Positions 1-12,003 of a stretch of 64,000 nt of DNA are shown one piece after another. The translations under genes were made by a program, and so were the position numbers. The DNA is from Macrostomum hystrix (taxonomy: Eukaryota > Animalia > Platyhelminthes): positions 6,882,001-6,946,000 of the forward strand of contig CATNEN010000029.1 in the NCBI GenBank assembly GCA_950097015.1. The letters are read 5' to 3'. The notes under the pieces were generated by a model. It was given only the letters and a program-made list of their open reading frames with translations, searched no databases and had not been told where the DNA came from. Positions within the stretch are counted from its first letter, which is position 1; the number at the start of each line of letters is the position of its first letter.

Positions 1-1725
1 ATCAGGAGGGTATTGGCTGACACATGCTGTAGGATCAGGAGGGTATTGGCTGACACATGCTGTAGGATCAGGAGGGTATTGGCTGACACATGCTGTAGGA
101 TCAGGAGGGTATTGGCTGACACATGCTGTAGGATCAGGAGGGTAATGGCTGGCACATGCTGTAGGATCAGGAGGGTAATGGCTGGCACATGCTGTAGGAT
201 CAGGAGGGTAATGGCTGGCACATGCTGTAGGATCAGGAGGGTAATGGCTGGCACATGCTGTAGGATCAGGAGGGTAATGGCTGGCACATGCTGTAGGATC
301 AGGAGGGTAATGTTTGGCACATGCTGTAGGATCAGGAGGGTAATGTTTGGCACATGCTGTAGGATCAGGAGGGTAATGTTTGGCACATGCTGTAGGATCA
401 GGAGGGTAATGGCTGGCACATGCTGTAGGATCAGGAGGGTATTGGCTGGCACATGCTGTAGGATCAGGAGGGTAATGGCTGGCACATGCTGTAGGATCAG
501 GACTCAGGAGGGTAATGTTTGGCACATGCTGTAGGATCAGGACTCAGGAGGGTAATGTTTGGCACATGCTGTAGGATCAGGACTCAGGAGGGTAATGTTT
601 GGCACATGCTGTAGGATCAGGAGGGTAATGTTTGGCACATGCTGTAGGATCAGGAGGGTATTGGCTGGCACATGCTGTAGGATCAGGAGGGTAATGTTTG
701 GCACATACTGTAGGATCAGGAGGGTATTGGCTGACACATGCTGTAGGATCAGGAGGGTAATGGCTGGCACATGCTGTAGGATCAGGAGGGTAATGGCTGG
801 CACATGCTGTAGGATCAGGAGGGTAATGGCTGGCACATGCTGTAGGATCAGGAGGGTAATGTTTGGCACATGCTGTAGGATCAGGAGGGTAATGTTTGGC
901 ACATGCTGTAGGATCAGGAGGGTAATGTTTGGCACATGCTGTAGGATCAGGAGGGTAATGGCTGGCACATGCTGTAGGATCAGGAGGGTATTGGCTGACA
1001 CATGATGTAGGATCAGGAGGGCAATGGCTGCCGCATGCTGTAGGATCAGGAGGGTAATGGCTGCCACATGCTGTAGGATCAGGCGGGTATTGGCTGACAC
1101 ATGCTGTAGGATCAGGAGGATAATGTCTGGCACATGATTTAGGATCAGGAGGGTATTGGCTGACACATGCTGTAGGATCAGGAGGGTATTGGCTGACACA
1201 TGCTGTAGGATCAGGAGGGTATTGGCTGACACATGCTGTAGGATCAGGAGGGTATTGGCTGACACATGCTGTAGGATCAGGAGGATAATGTCTGGCACAT
1301 GATTTAGGATCAGGAGGGTATTGGCTGACACATGCTGTAGGATCAGGAGGGTATTGGCTGACACATGCTGTAGGATCAGGAGGATAATGTCTGGCACATG
1401 ATTTAGGATCAGGCGGGTATTGGCTGACACATGCTGTAGGATCAGGAGGGTATTGGCTGACACATGCTGTAGGATCAGGAGGATAATGTCTGGCACATGA
1501 TTTAGGATCAGGAGGGTATTGGCTGACACATGCTGTAGGATCAGGAGGATAATGTCTGGCACATGATTTAGGATCAGGAGGGTATTGGCTGACACATGCT
1601 GTAGGATCAGGAGGGTATTGGCTGACACATGCTGTAGGATCAGGAGGGTATTGGCTGACACATGCTGTAGGATCAGGAGGATAATGTCTGGCACATGATT
1701 TAGGATCAGGAGGATTATGGCTGGC
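1..1725. repeat. 33-bp minisatellite (ATCAGGAGGGTATTGGCTGACACATGCTGTAGG and variants) in an intron of the type II receptor gene
   Basis: Tandem periodicity is directly visible, giving an 11-aa period in the ORF track. A few units carry an extra GACTCAG. Confidence 0.97.
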
Positions 1726-1767
1726 GCATGCTCAAGTTCATCTCATTGACACCTTAAATTCCACCAG

Positions 1768-2046
1768 GTTGGTACCAGGCGCTACATGTCTCCCGAAGTG
1801 CTAGAAGGCGCTATGAGCTTCTACAAGGACAGCTTCCTCAGAGTGGATGTGTACTCACTGGGCCTGGTGCTCTGGGAGATGCTGACACGCTGCACTGACG
1901 CCTACGGCGAAGATGGTGTGCCACCCTATCGGCTGCCGTTCGAAGCTGAGACTGGCTCAGCCAATCCCAGCCTGTTGCAGATGCAGGCGGTTGTGGTCCA
2001 TGAGCGGCGCCGGCCGGAGTTCCCACCCGGCTGTCAGGAGCATCAG
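1768..2046 (+). CDS. ACVR2-like: Activin/TGF-beta type II receptor Ser/Thr kinase, penultimate coding exon
   Basis: CAG|GTT acceptor and CAG|GTAT donor. VGTRRYMSPEVLEGAMSF..DSFLRVDVYSLGLVLWEMLTRC..YRLPFEAE..PSL..MQ.VVVH..RP matches ActRII kinase subdomains VIII-X. Confidence 0.93.
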
Positions 2047-2184
2047 GTATATATTTTTTTGCTTCTAGCTGGGACTAGCAGAAATTTTGCCCCTTCCTTA
2101 CTGGGGCGGAAATTAGACATCCAGCTGTTTTCATCGACCTTATCTGTGACTAAATTTCGATCATAACTATTAATTATTAGGATT

Positions 2185-2500
2185 GAAAAATTTCCGCTTT
2201 ATCCGATGAAACAACTTCCAGAACCACATCAGTATTGTCGAGATATTCAACGATTGTCGTCGGGGTGTCGTCATGTGGCAAAAACCACCAATATATTCCG
2301 AATTTTTCTGCTCACAAAATTTCATCACGTAACCTTGTTAGTCGTCCTTGTCAACAGGGTCTTCGACAAAACTCGCAGAATATTTCGACGATGCTCAAGT
2401 CGGATGGCTTTGAAAGCCAGTTCATCGTAAATGGCAAAATATTTTTATCCATATTTAATTTTCACTGGTTGACTGAATGGACGAAAATTGGTCATTCGGT
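2185..2500 (-). mobile_element. Degenerate copy of the TTAA-flanked non-autonomous DNA element seen at 24486-24786
   Basis: The reverse complement of ~2190-2270 (GTTGAATATCTCGAC..TTCTGGAAG.TGTTT.ATCGGAT) aligns by eye to ~24600-24690. CAGGGTCTTCGACAA is also shared with ~16950. Confidence 0.6.
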
Positions 2501-2631
2501 TTGAATCGTGAAGTAGGCAGCCCGTGGTCATTCCCCAAGGTGCAACAATAGCATTGTAGCTCGTATTTCCACTGTTAGGGAAGACACATTATTCCACGTC
2601 AGATATTCAGATTTCCGAGCTCGCACAACAG

Positions 2632-2922
2632 GGCCTGTCCTATCTTCGCGAGACAATTTCCTGTTGCTGGGATCACGTGCCGGAGGCTCGCCTAACCGCC
2701 GCCTGCGTTGCCGAGCGCTGCAAGACCCTGCGCCGGCTGCCAGTCAGCGTCGCCGCCGAGGAGGCGCGCCAGGCGGCACAGCTGAATAGCGTCGACAATT
2801 CGCCCGCGTTAACTCCTCCAATCTCGCCTCGACAGGTGCCTCGCGCCGCCGTTGTCAACGAAGTCGCCAATCTGGCCGAGGATGAGTTGCGCCCACTGCG
2901 CGAAGCTGAAGATGCGGTCTAG
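2632..2922 (+). CDS. ACVR2-like: Activin/TGF-beta type II receptor, terminal coding exon
   Basis: ACAACAG|GGC acceptor in phase 0. GLSYLRETISCCWDHVPEARLTAACVAER matches subdomain XI (CWDHDAEARLSAGCV). TAG at 2920-2922. Confidence 0.92.
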   Translation, partial: GLSYLRETISCCWDHVPEARLTAACVAERCKTLRRLPVSVAAEEARQAAQLNSVDNSPALTPPISPRQVPRAAVVNEVANLAEDELRPLREAEDAV

Positions 2923-3089
2923 AACTGTCCCATCGGAATCTTGAAAGCTCCTGTTCAGCCATCCACTCTGTTTGTTGAGTCATTCGTTTTCTTAAGTCGT
3001 TTTATTCAACTTAGATTTGCCTAGCTATTTTATCTCTGAGATCGATCCGGGATTCTCTTCCCGGGAAGTCTCTGAATCGATTATGTTCG

Positions 3090-4060
3090 ATTATTGGGAT
3101 TTCAATTGACAGTCTTGGGATTCCTAGATAGTTTTTTGGGATTTCAATTGATAGTCTTGGGATTCCTAGATTGTTTTTTGGGATTTCAATTGACAGTCTT
3201 GGGATTCCTAGATTGTTTTTTGGGATTTCAATTGATAGTCTTGGTATTCCTAGATTGTTTTTTGGGATTTCAATTGACAGTCTTGGGATTCCTAGATTGT
3301 TTTTTGGGATTTCAATTGACAGTCTTGGGATTCCTAGATTGTTTCTTGGGATTTCAATTGACAGTCTTGGGATTCCTAGATTGTTTTTTGGGATTTCAAT
3401 TGATAGTCTTGGTATTCCTAGATTGTTTTTTGGGATTTCAATTGACAGTCTTGGGATTCCTAGATTGTTTTTTGGGATTTCAATTGACAGTCTTGGGATT
3501 CCTAGATTGTTTCTTGGGATTTCAATTGACAGTCTTGGGATTCCTAGATTGTTTTTTGGGATTTCAATTGACAGTCTTGGGATTCCTAGATTGTTTTTTG
3601 GGATTTCAATTGACAGTCTTGGGATTCCAGGATTGCAATACTTTAGTGATTTCAATTGACAGACTTGGGTTTCCAGGATTGTGAACTTTTTGGGATTTCA
3701 ATTGCCAGACTTGAGATTCTAGGATTGTGATTTTTTAGGGATTTCAATTGACAGTCTTGGGATTCCAGGATTGCAATACTTTAGGGATTTCAATTGACAG
3801 ACTTGGGTTTCCAGGATTGTGAACTTTTTGGGATTTCAATTGACAGTCTTGGGATTTTTAGATTGTGATTTTTAGGGATTTCAATTGACAGTCTTGGGAT
3901 TCCAGGATTGCAATACTTTAGGGATTTCAATTGACAGACTTGGGTTTCCAGGATTGTGAACTTTTTGGGATTTCAATTGCCAGACTTGAGATTCTAGGAT
4001 TGTGATTTTTTAGGGATTTCAGTTGATTGTCTTGAGATTACGTGATTGTGATTGTTTTGG
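3090..4060. repeat. 42-bp minisatellite (TTGGGATTTCAATTGACAGTCTTGGGATTCCTAGATTGTTTT), degenerating to the right
   Basis: Direct periodicity, 14-aa period in the ORF track. Confidence 0.96.
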
Positions 4061-4533
4061 GACTTTATTTATACAGTCTTAGGACTCCGGGTTCATGGGG
4101 ATTAAGCTTGAAGTTCTTAAGATTCAGGTATTGCAATCTTTTGGGGATTTTAGTTGACCATCTTGGGATTCTGTGATTTCGATTTTTTGGGATTACAATT
4201 GTTGAAATTGGTGAAAAAAACCGAATTCGTTATAACTAACATTTCAAATACATTATAAATTCAGATATATATAATCGTATTCGCAATGTTAAGGTTTGGA
4301 TTCACAATATTTTCGTTTAATATATGCATATTTTGCTGCTTTAAGTCAGGAAATTCTGTGTACTTTGTGTACGTTTGTCAACTTTTTTGCTGCTAGATTT
4401 TTAGGCCATGGCAATTTGTTTAGTTGTTTTCCAGTATGCTTGCTTTTCCTACTGTCTACTGTTTATATTAAGCATTATTGTTTCTTTTAACTAAACACAA
4501 TTATTTGCGCCGTTTTCGACTAAAAAGCTCGTT

Positions 4534-4662
4534 ACACCTGCCCCAATTGGGCCAGATGTGCAGCGGCCGACGGCACAGCAGCAGCTATTGTTCCAGTGGA
4601 TTTTGGAATCGAACCCCCGACCTTCAAGTCGTAAGTCCGACGCTCTAGGCCGCTAGGCCACG
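4534..4662 (-). mobile_element. tRNA-derived SINE, internally deleted copy
   Basis: Reverse complement shows an A-box-like TGGCCTAGCGG and B-box GGTTCGATTCC. Head and tail match 39143-39432 and the central part is missing. Confidence 0.8.
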
Positions 4663-5423
4663 CACAGGCGTTCTCTTTCATGTTATGCTTTCAATTAGCA
4701 CAAATAATTATCAACCGGTCATGATTAGTAAATTTTCTCGCCTTTTAACAAGTACACAACCTCGATAGTCCCGGAAGTTGAGTTCAATTTCTATCTCTAA
4801 TAACCATATTTTTATCTGCATATATAGCTTATTGCTTTACAGTGCACTGTGTCCTTTGTTTTTTCGTTTCATTTTTCAACAGACAAGGCTAATTTTAGTG
4901 AAAATATGTCAATTGTTGCTTGCATGCGTGTTCAAATGCTCGCGTGAATTTTTAGCGCACTTTTTTAGTTAGACTGTCAAAATGCTTTCTGTACTACTTG
5001 ATCTAAAATGGATAGTAGTCAACTCTGACTATTGTTTTTTGTGTAATTCAATTTTTATTATTGGGTGTGCCGAGTCAGCGAGTGTCGTGGACCTGAATCA
5101 GAAGGCTAAGCTGAAATGTTTATAGACTGGTGGACCATTCTCCTGGTGACTTTCGCGTAATTATCAGTTTTTTGTAACCATATCTTGTATAAAATATATT
5201 GTGTAGCATGTTCATATATATGTATCGTTCTGTTGTTTACTACTTACACACAAATGTACTTTTTGGGTGCATATTTTCAATTGTTTTTTTACTCATACAG
5301 TGTATGCTGTCATTTTTAACGGCGTCCGTTTTTTCACTCAGGTGAAATGCTCTGCAATCGATCAACTTCAGGCTAGCGCTATCTAAAAATATCTAAAAAT
5401 CTCAGAACCTAATCCTGATCGAA

Positions 5424-5756
5424 CCCCTGAGAATCATCCCTAGCTCCTGACAATCATCCCTAGCTCCTGACAATCATCCCTAGCCCCTGAGAATCATCCC
5501 TGGCCCCTGACAATCATCCCTAGCCCCTGAGAATCATCCCTAGCCCCTGACAATCATCCCTAGCCCCTGAGAATCATCCCTAGCCCCTGAGAATCATCCC
5601 TAGTCCTTGAGAATCATCCCTAGCCCCTGAGAATCATCCCTAGCCCCTGAGAATCATCCCTAGCCCCTGAGAATCATCCCTAGCCCCTGAGAATCATCCC
5701 TAGCCCCTGAGAATCATCCCTAGCCCCTGAGAATCATCCCTAGCCCCTGAGAATCA
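5424..5756. repeat. 20-bp minisatellite (GAATCATCCCTAGCCCCTGA)
   Basis: Direct periodicity. Confidence 0.95.
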
Positions 5757-6583
5757 GCTTTTAAGCTTTGATTTCTGCTAAAATGTGTTGCTCTCTTTCA
5801 AAGTTTGCGCGCGAAATCAGCTTTTATCTTGTTTTGCAGACAGCCTCGTAAATATATATTTTTACGCATTGATGTAAAGTCAAATTTCGGGCCATCTATA
5901 ATATATCAAACAGATTTTTTCCGCCGAACAAGTCTTTATTTCGAATTCGATAGCTTTCTGAATTATTTCAGCATTAAATACACGCTCGTAGGCGTTAAGA
6001 CTGTCTAGGAATCGTCATAGCCAACGCTGGGAATCGTCTTAGCTCTGCTGCATATTTATTTTACAGTGTAAATCGAGGGTTAGAACTGCAATCAAGCTTT
6101 GCTGTTTGCTTTTAAATAAAACTAATTAAAGCCGGAAATATATATAGCCTTACGCGATTGAATTCACAAAATCTACTAATCCTTTCTGACTTTTGGTAAA
6201 TAGTCTGTCTGTCTAAATAGTCTATGGTAGATACAGTTAAATTGAAGGCGAAATCTGATTGGCTGAACGTTTAGGCTTCAAATGAGCAGGAAAGCGACTG
6301 CTAGCCAGTCTGTCTAAATAGTCTATGGTAAAAATAATTAGAGTGATCTTCATTGGCTGATTAGTTTTGCAGTTTTGGTCAAATTCAATCGCAAAAGGCT
6401 ATAAAGCGAACGAGCTTTGAATGAGAAAAGAAAAGTTTTGCTGCTGCTAAATTGGATTGTATGGGATTATATATGATTTTTTAAGTACTGTTTGAAGAGT
6501 CATTTCTAAAATATAGGGTTTGCAAAGTTTGTTCTACTTAAAAAACTTATCAGGTAAAATCGAGGCACGGATTATTGTCTGTC

Positions 6584-6808
6584 TTAGAATAGTGGCTTCA
6601 TGTTGATCATGTTCTCAGCAAAGGTGAGCGGAAATTTAATCACTTTCAGGATCGCCTCACAGATGTCTTTCATAGGTTCAATGCAGGCTCCGAATGGCAG
6701 CAGGAAGATGTAGATCCAGGCTAGCAGGAATGCTATTGGCCAGGCGATGAACCACAGGGCCAGGAACCACAGGATTGACCATAGAATGCCGGGGCACAGG
6801 TCCGCCAT
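6584..6808 (-). CDS. Small (74 aa) predicted membrane protein of unknown function
   Basis: ATG GCG start and TAA stop, non-repetitive sequence, GC-rich codons like the neighbouring exons. Long hydrophobic stretch (ILWSILWFLALWFIAWPIAFLLAWIYIFLLPF) followed by an amphipathic segment. Confidence 0.72.
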   Translation of the reverse strand: MADLCPGILWSILWFLALWFIAWPIAFLLAWIYIFLLPFGACIEPMKDICEAILKVIKFPLTFAENMINMKPLF

Positions 6809-6933
6809 AATCCGATCGAGTTTGTCCTCCTGTTTTGGGTGTGCGGAACGATGATTTTGATTTGAGTGTTCTCAATGCCCCACTTTGAGACATCATGGTG
6901 CCATAATCATCTATCGTAGATTTTCTGAATGGT

Positions 6934-8343
6934 GGAATCCTGAAGCTTCAGGTATGGTGCCTGCCGCTGAATGATGGAATCCTCAAGCTTCAGGTATGGT
7001 GCCTGCCGCTGAATGATGGAATTCTCAAGCTTCAGGTGAATAGTTCCTGCCGCTGAATGATGGAATCTTCAAGCTTCAGGTGAATAGTTCCTGCCGCTGA
7101 ATGATGGAATCCTGAAGCTTCAGCTATGGTGCCTGCCGCTGAATGATGGAATCCTCAAGCTTCAGCTATGGTGCCTGCCGCTGAATGATGGAATCCTGAA
7201 GCTTCAGCTATGGTGCCTGCCGCTGAATGATGGAATCCTTAAGCTTCAGGTATGGTGCCTGCCGCTGAATGATGGAATTCTCAAGCTTCAGGTGAATAGT
7301 TCCTGCCGCTGAATGATGGAATCCTCAAGCTTCAGGTGAATAGTGCCTGCCGCTGAATGATGGAATCCTCAAGCTTCAGGTGAATAGTGCCTGCCGCTGA
7401 ATGATGGAATCTTCTAGCTTCAGGTGAATAGTGCCTGCCGCTGAATGATGAAATCTTCAAGCTTCAGGTGAATAGTTCCTGCCGCTGAATGATGGAATCC
7501 TGAAGCTTCAGCTATGGTGCCTGCCGCTGAATGATGGAATCCTTAAGCTTCAGGTAAACAGTGCCTGCCGCTGAATGATTGAATCCTTAAGCTTCAGGTA
7601 TGGTGCCTGCCGCTGAATGATGGAATTCTCAAGCTTCAGGTGAATAGTGCCTGCCGCTGAATGATGGAATTCTCAAGCTTCAGGTGAATAGTGCCTGCCG
7701 CTGAATGATGGAATTCTCAAGCTTCAGGTGAATAGTGCCTGCCGCTGAATGATGGAATCTTCAAGCTTCAGGTGAATAGTGCCTGCCGCTGAATGATGGA
7801 ATTCTCAAGCTTCAGGTGAATAGTGCCTGCCGCTGAATGATGGAATTCTCAAGCTTCAGGTGAATAGTGCCTGCCGCTGAATGATGGAATTCTCAAGCTT
7901 CAGGTGAATAGTGCCTGCCGCTGAATGATGGAATTCTCAAGCTTCAGGTGAATAGTGCCTGCCGCTGAATGATGGAATTCTCAAGCTTCAGGTGAATAGT
8001 GCCTGCCGCTGAATGACGGAATTCTCAAGCTTCAGGTGAATAGTGCCTGCCGCTGAATGATGGAATTCTCAAGCTTCAGGTGAATAGTGCCTGCCGCTGA
8101 ATGATGGAATTCTCAAGCTTCAGGTGAATAGTGCCTGCCGCTGAATGATGGAATTCTCAAGCTTCAGGTGAATAGTGCCTGCCGCTGAATGATGGAATTC
8201 TCAAGCTTCAGGTGAATAGTGCCTGCCGCTGAATGATGGAATCTTCAAGCTTCAGGTGAATAGTGCCTGCCGCTGAATGACGGAATCCTCAAGCTTCAGG
8301 TATGGTGCTTGCCACTGAATGATGGAATCCTGAAGCTTCAGGT
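6934..8343. repeat. 43/44-bp minisatellite (GCCTGCCGCTGAATGATGGAATTCTCAAGCTTCAGGTGAATAGT)
   Basis: Direct periodicity, about 32 units. Confidence 0.97.
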
Positions 8344-8843
8344 CACTTTAAGTTCTTCACAAAATGGTTTCGAATGTGCCAACCGACAACCGACAGTACA
8401 ACGGTAGGAGGGAGGTGGGAAGGTTGATTACATAAGCGTAGGCATTGATAGTCCAACTCACCGAAAAATAATCTGCTCAGTCGACCAAGTGTGACGAAGC
8501 GATAAATTGATAGATTCTGGTTCAGTTTGTTGAAGCCCTTGCTGAGTTCAATTGAGCATATAGACAAAGAATTCGGCTCTAACATTTAGCCCTGCGCTCT
8601 GCTGGCCAAAATAGCAGAAACTTGTTGATCGGATCCGATAGCCAATAGAAACCCATGAACTGCGCAGCCCTGGATATGATTAGAAAATCGATAATGCCAA
8701 GCGAATGTATTACTTCAATCCTAACCCAAGCGGGTTTGACTGCAGCTTTCCGCTGGGGTTGGCACTGACTAGCAATTTCAGTTGCAGATATGGAAAATAG
8801 GAAGAGTGTAGACCGGGTTAGGTCTGGGAGCAGGTGCAAAAGG

Positions 8844-9895
8844 CATGGCTCTGAATCTAGAAACTGGAGAGACAACTCTCCGCCAGACCCCCATTTTCCG
8901 GACCACTAAGGGCTGTACGGTTTATGCAAACCTCCATAAAAGTGCCCACACTGTACATTCTGCCAAATGCTTTCTTTTGGCCTAGATCGCACTTGATTCT
9001 AAAAATAGCTCACACTGTGTCTCTGTGTCACACTCTCTGACCCCGCTCTGTGTCGGTTTACTCCCGATTCGGCGAATCCGATTCCGAGTCAGGAATTTCG
9101 GCGAATTGGGAATTCGGCGAGTCAGGAATTTCGGCGAATCGGGATTTTCGGCGAATCGGGATTCGGCGAATCAGGAATTTCGGCGAATCGGGATTCGGCG
9201 AATCAGGAATTTCGGCGAATCAGGAATTTCGGCGAATCGGGATTCGGCGAATCGGGAATCGGCGAATCGGGAGTAAACCCTCTGTGTCTCCCTCCATCTG
9301 TGCGCACCCCCCACTTCCCCTTCTTGAACATTCTATAGGCTCCTGGCGCAGCTAAGTTGTTTACTCCTGTCTCGCGATCTTCCATCTTCTGGAATGTTCT
9401 TCCAGAAATTTCCGGAAACCCATATCAGCTTATTTAAGTGTTGCAGCTACCCGTGTTAATCAAGACTTTGTTAATCTCACTTTCAAGAACAACTTTCTCT
9501 ATTGCTCAATGAAATAGAGTATGAAAACATACTAAGTGCGGCATAAGGAAAATTGAGCTACACTTTGCTGAAATCAGGCAATTAATATAAAAAATGTCTG
9601 CATTACAACTTGCTAAGGTCGTGCACTGCTAAGAGACAATTTTCGTATTCCTTAAACTTTATTTCGGCACAGCTTTCTAGAAAAAACAGGTATACGCACA
9701 AGCTTTAGCTACAATGTAGAGAATTTATTCAGCTATCTAATGAAACAAACATTTTGAAAATATTTTACACGAAACGGAAGTTATTTCCTATCTGCACAGT
9801 GTATTTTCGGGACAGCCAGTCAGCCCCATACTGGTCCGGAGAATGGGGGTTTGGCGGGAAGTTCTGTCTCCAGTGTCTAGATTCAGAGCTCTATG
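8844..9895. mobile_element. Non-autonomous DNA transposon with ~65-70 bp imperfect terminal inverted repeats
   Basis: 8848-8915 (GCTCTGAATCTAGAAACTGGAGA..CCGGACCA) is the reverse complement of ~9820-9889. TSD not resolved. Confidence 0.65.
9055..9279. mobile_element. Mutator-like MITE with 9-bp TSD and internal tandem repeats
   Basis: TIRs GGTTTACTCCCGATTC / GAATCGGGAGTAAACC. Identical 9-bp flanks CTCTGTGTC at 9046-9054 and 9280-9288. Interior built of GG(A)ATT(T)CGGCGAATC repeats. Confidence 0.85.
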
Positions 9896-10454
9896 GATAA
9901 GGCAGCTGTTATAAATTAGATTCCACTTGAGTATATGCTCTTAACCTCGAATTTATTTGTCTGTGTTTATATTCTATTATATGGAAATGCAGCTTTGCAG
10001 CTAACTTGACCGGATATCCTTTGCGACTGGGCTTCAGCTGTGCTCAACTGTGCTCAGACGGCAGTTGCGCCCAATAACTCTGTACTTTTATTTGTGATAA
10101 AACAATTTAGGACAAAATGTTCAACGACGACTACTATGTGCTATTAAGTGGCAGTAGCTAGTTGCAGGTTTGTAAGCTCTTCATTTTTCGCTCCTCTATG
10201 GTGTATCAAAAACTTTTCGTGTATTTAATTTTTGGTTCATACGACTCTCATCAGATATGATATGGATATGTAATCGGTAATCATCTATTGATGACTTCAC
10301 TGCAAACATAGGGGGCGAGCGAAATTAGTGCGCGCGCACTCTAGAGGTTAAAATGTTACAGAAATCAGCTACAGCAAGGTACTGTTGAAACTGTGGTGTG
10401 GGTACAGCGCAAGAATTTCAGCCTATTCCACTATGGAGAAAAGGCATGTCAGGG

Positions 10455-11005
10455 AATACTGACAGACAAGTGGGGACACTGACAGACAAGTGGGGACACT
10501 GATAGACAAGAGGGGACACTGACAGACAAGAGAGGACACTGACAGACAAGAGAGGACACTGACAGACAAGAGGGACACTGACAGACAAGAGGGGACACTG
10601 ACAGACAAGTGGGGACACTGACAGACAAGAGGGACACTGACAGACAAGAGGGGACACTGACAGACAAGTGGGGACACTGACAGACAAGAGGGGACACTGA
10701 CAGACAAGTGGGGACACTGACAGACAAGAGGGGACACTGACAGACAAGAGGGGACACTGACAGACAAGTGGGACACTGACAGACAAGAGGGGACACTGAC
10801 AGACAAGAGGGGACACTGACAGACAAGTGGGACACTGACAGACAAGAGGGGACACTGACAGACAAGAGGGGACACTGACAGACAAGAGGGGACACTGGCA
10901 GACAAGTGGGGACACTGACAGACACGAGGGGACACTGACAGACAAGAGAGGACACTGACAGACAAGAGGGGACACTGACAGACAAGAGGGGACACTGACA
11001 GACAC
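10455..11005. repeat. 20/21-bp minisatellite (GACACTGACAGACAAGAGGGG)
   Basis: Direct periodicity. Confidence 0.96.
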
Positions 11006-11574
11006 GTAAGTTGTGTAAGAGTTAGCGAATTCTGTGGGTGACAAATTGATGATTTCAAGCATTGAGCTGCAAGACATGCTCATTAGGTTAATACTCGTCA
11101 GCTCAACAGAGAAAAATAGTCTCTCACAATGGGAGTTGCATCAATCAAAAAGTGCATTGGATTCTAATGAAAATGAAGATAGTTTCTGAAGATGATATCA
11201 ATAAGCAATTTACTATTCTAGTCACACATACCATAGAAAAAGCAAAGCGCGCGTACTTTGCAGCAGGCTTGACAGTGTAAGAAGAGCTGCTCGCAATATT
11301 GAGTAGAGGAATGATGAAAATCCTAAAGAGCTTTTTTCCTATTTCTGTACTCCCAGACACTAGGGATTTTCTTATTTTAATAGTTTCCTATCTGGGGATT
11401 CGCTTGTTAGGGAATTCCCGTATCGGAATCCTTCAGCCCTCGGATTTCCTAATGTTGGGCTTTCCCAGACTGAAAATCTCCAGTTTTTGGGATTCCCTTA
11501 TCATATTGGGATTTCCAAGTACAAGTTCCCCATTTTCCAGCTTTTCTATATGCAAGGTTTTCCAGCCTGATAGT

Positions 11575-12003
11575 CTCCAGTTTTAAGGATTTCCCAGTCA
11601 GAGAATCTCCAGTTTTAGGGATTTCCCAGCCAGGGAATCTCCAGTTTTAGGGATTTCCCAGCCAGGGAATCGCTAGTTTTAGGGATTTCCCAGCCAGGGA
11701 ATCTCCAGTTTTAGGGATTTCCCAGCCAGGGAATCTCCAGTTTTAGGGATTTCCCAGCCAGGGAATCTCCAGTTTTAGGGATTTCCCAGCCAGGGAATCT
11801 CCAGTTTTAGGGATTTCCCAGCCAGGGAATCTCTAGTTTTAGGGATTTCCCAGCCAGGGAATCTCCAGTTTTAGGGATTTCCCAGCCAGGGAATCTCCAG
11901 TTTTAGGGATTTCCGAGCCAGAGAATCTCTAGTTTTAGGGATTTCCCAGCCAGGGAATCTCCAGTTTTAGGGATTTCCCAGCCAGGGAATCTCCAGTTTT
12001 AGG
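11575..12003. repeat. 32-bp minisatellite (ATCTCCAGTTTTAGGGATTTCCCAGCCAGGGA)
   Basis: Direct periodicity, about 13 units, with degenerate copies to the left. Confidence 0.95.

Noticed and set aside
13-1694. Long ORFs with periodic peptides here and at 3011-3684, 10418-11083, 12629-13712, 20143-20769, 23296-23743, 33404-34248, 35799-36767, 45085-47139, 50658-51687 and 59689-60335
   Set aside because: They are translations of tandem DNA arrays, open in several frames and on both strands, and mostly lie inside introns of identified genes.
6934-8343. Possible CRISPR array (also the 66- and 67-bp repeats)
   Set aside because: Units are contiguous with no unique spacers, there are no cas genes, and the context is eukaryotic.
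8343-8843. Coding-like sequence with scattered stops, and similar patches at 10380-10450 and 11010-11290
   Set aside because: May be a decayed gene or transposon, but I could not assign a family or a consistent frame.
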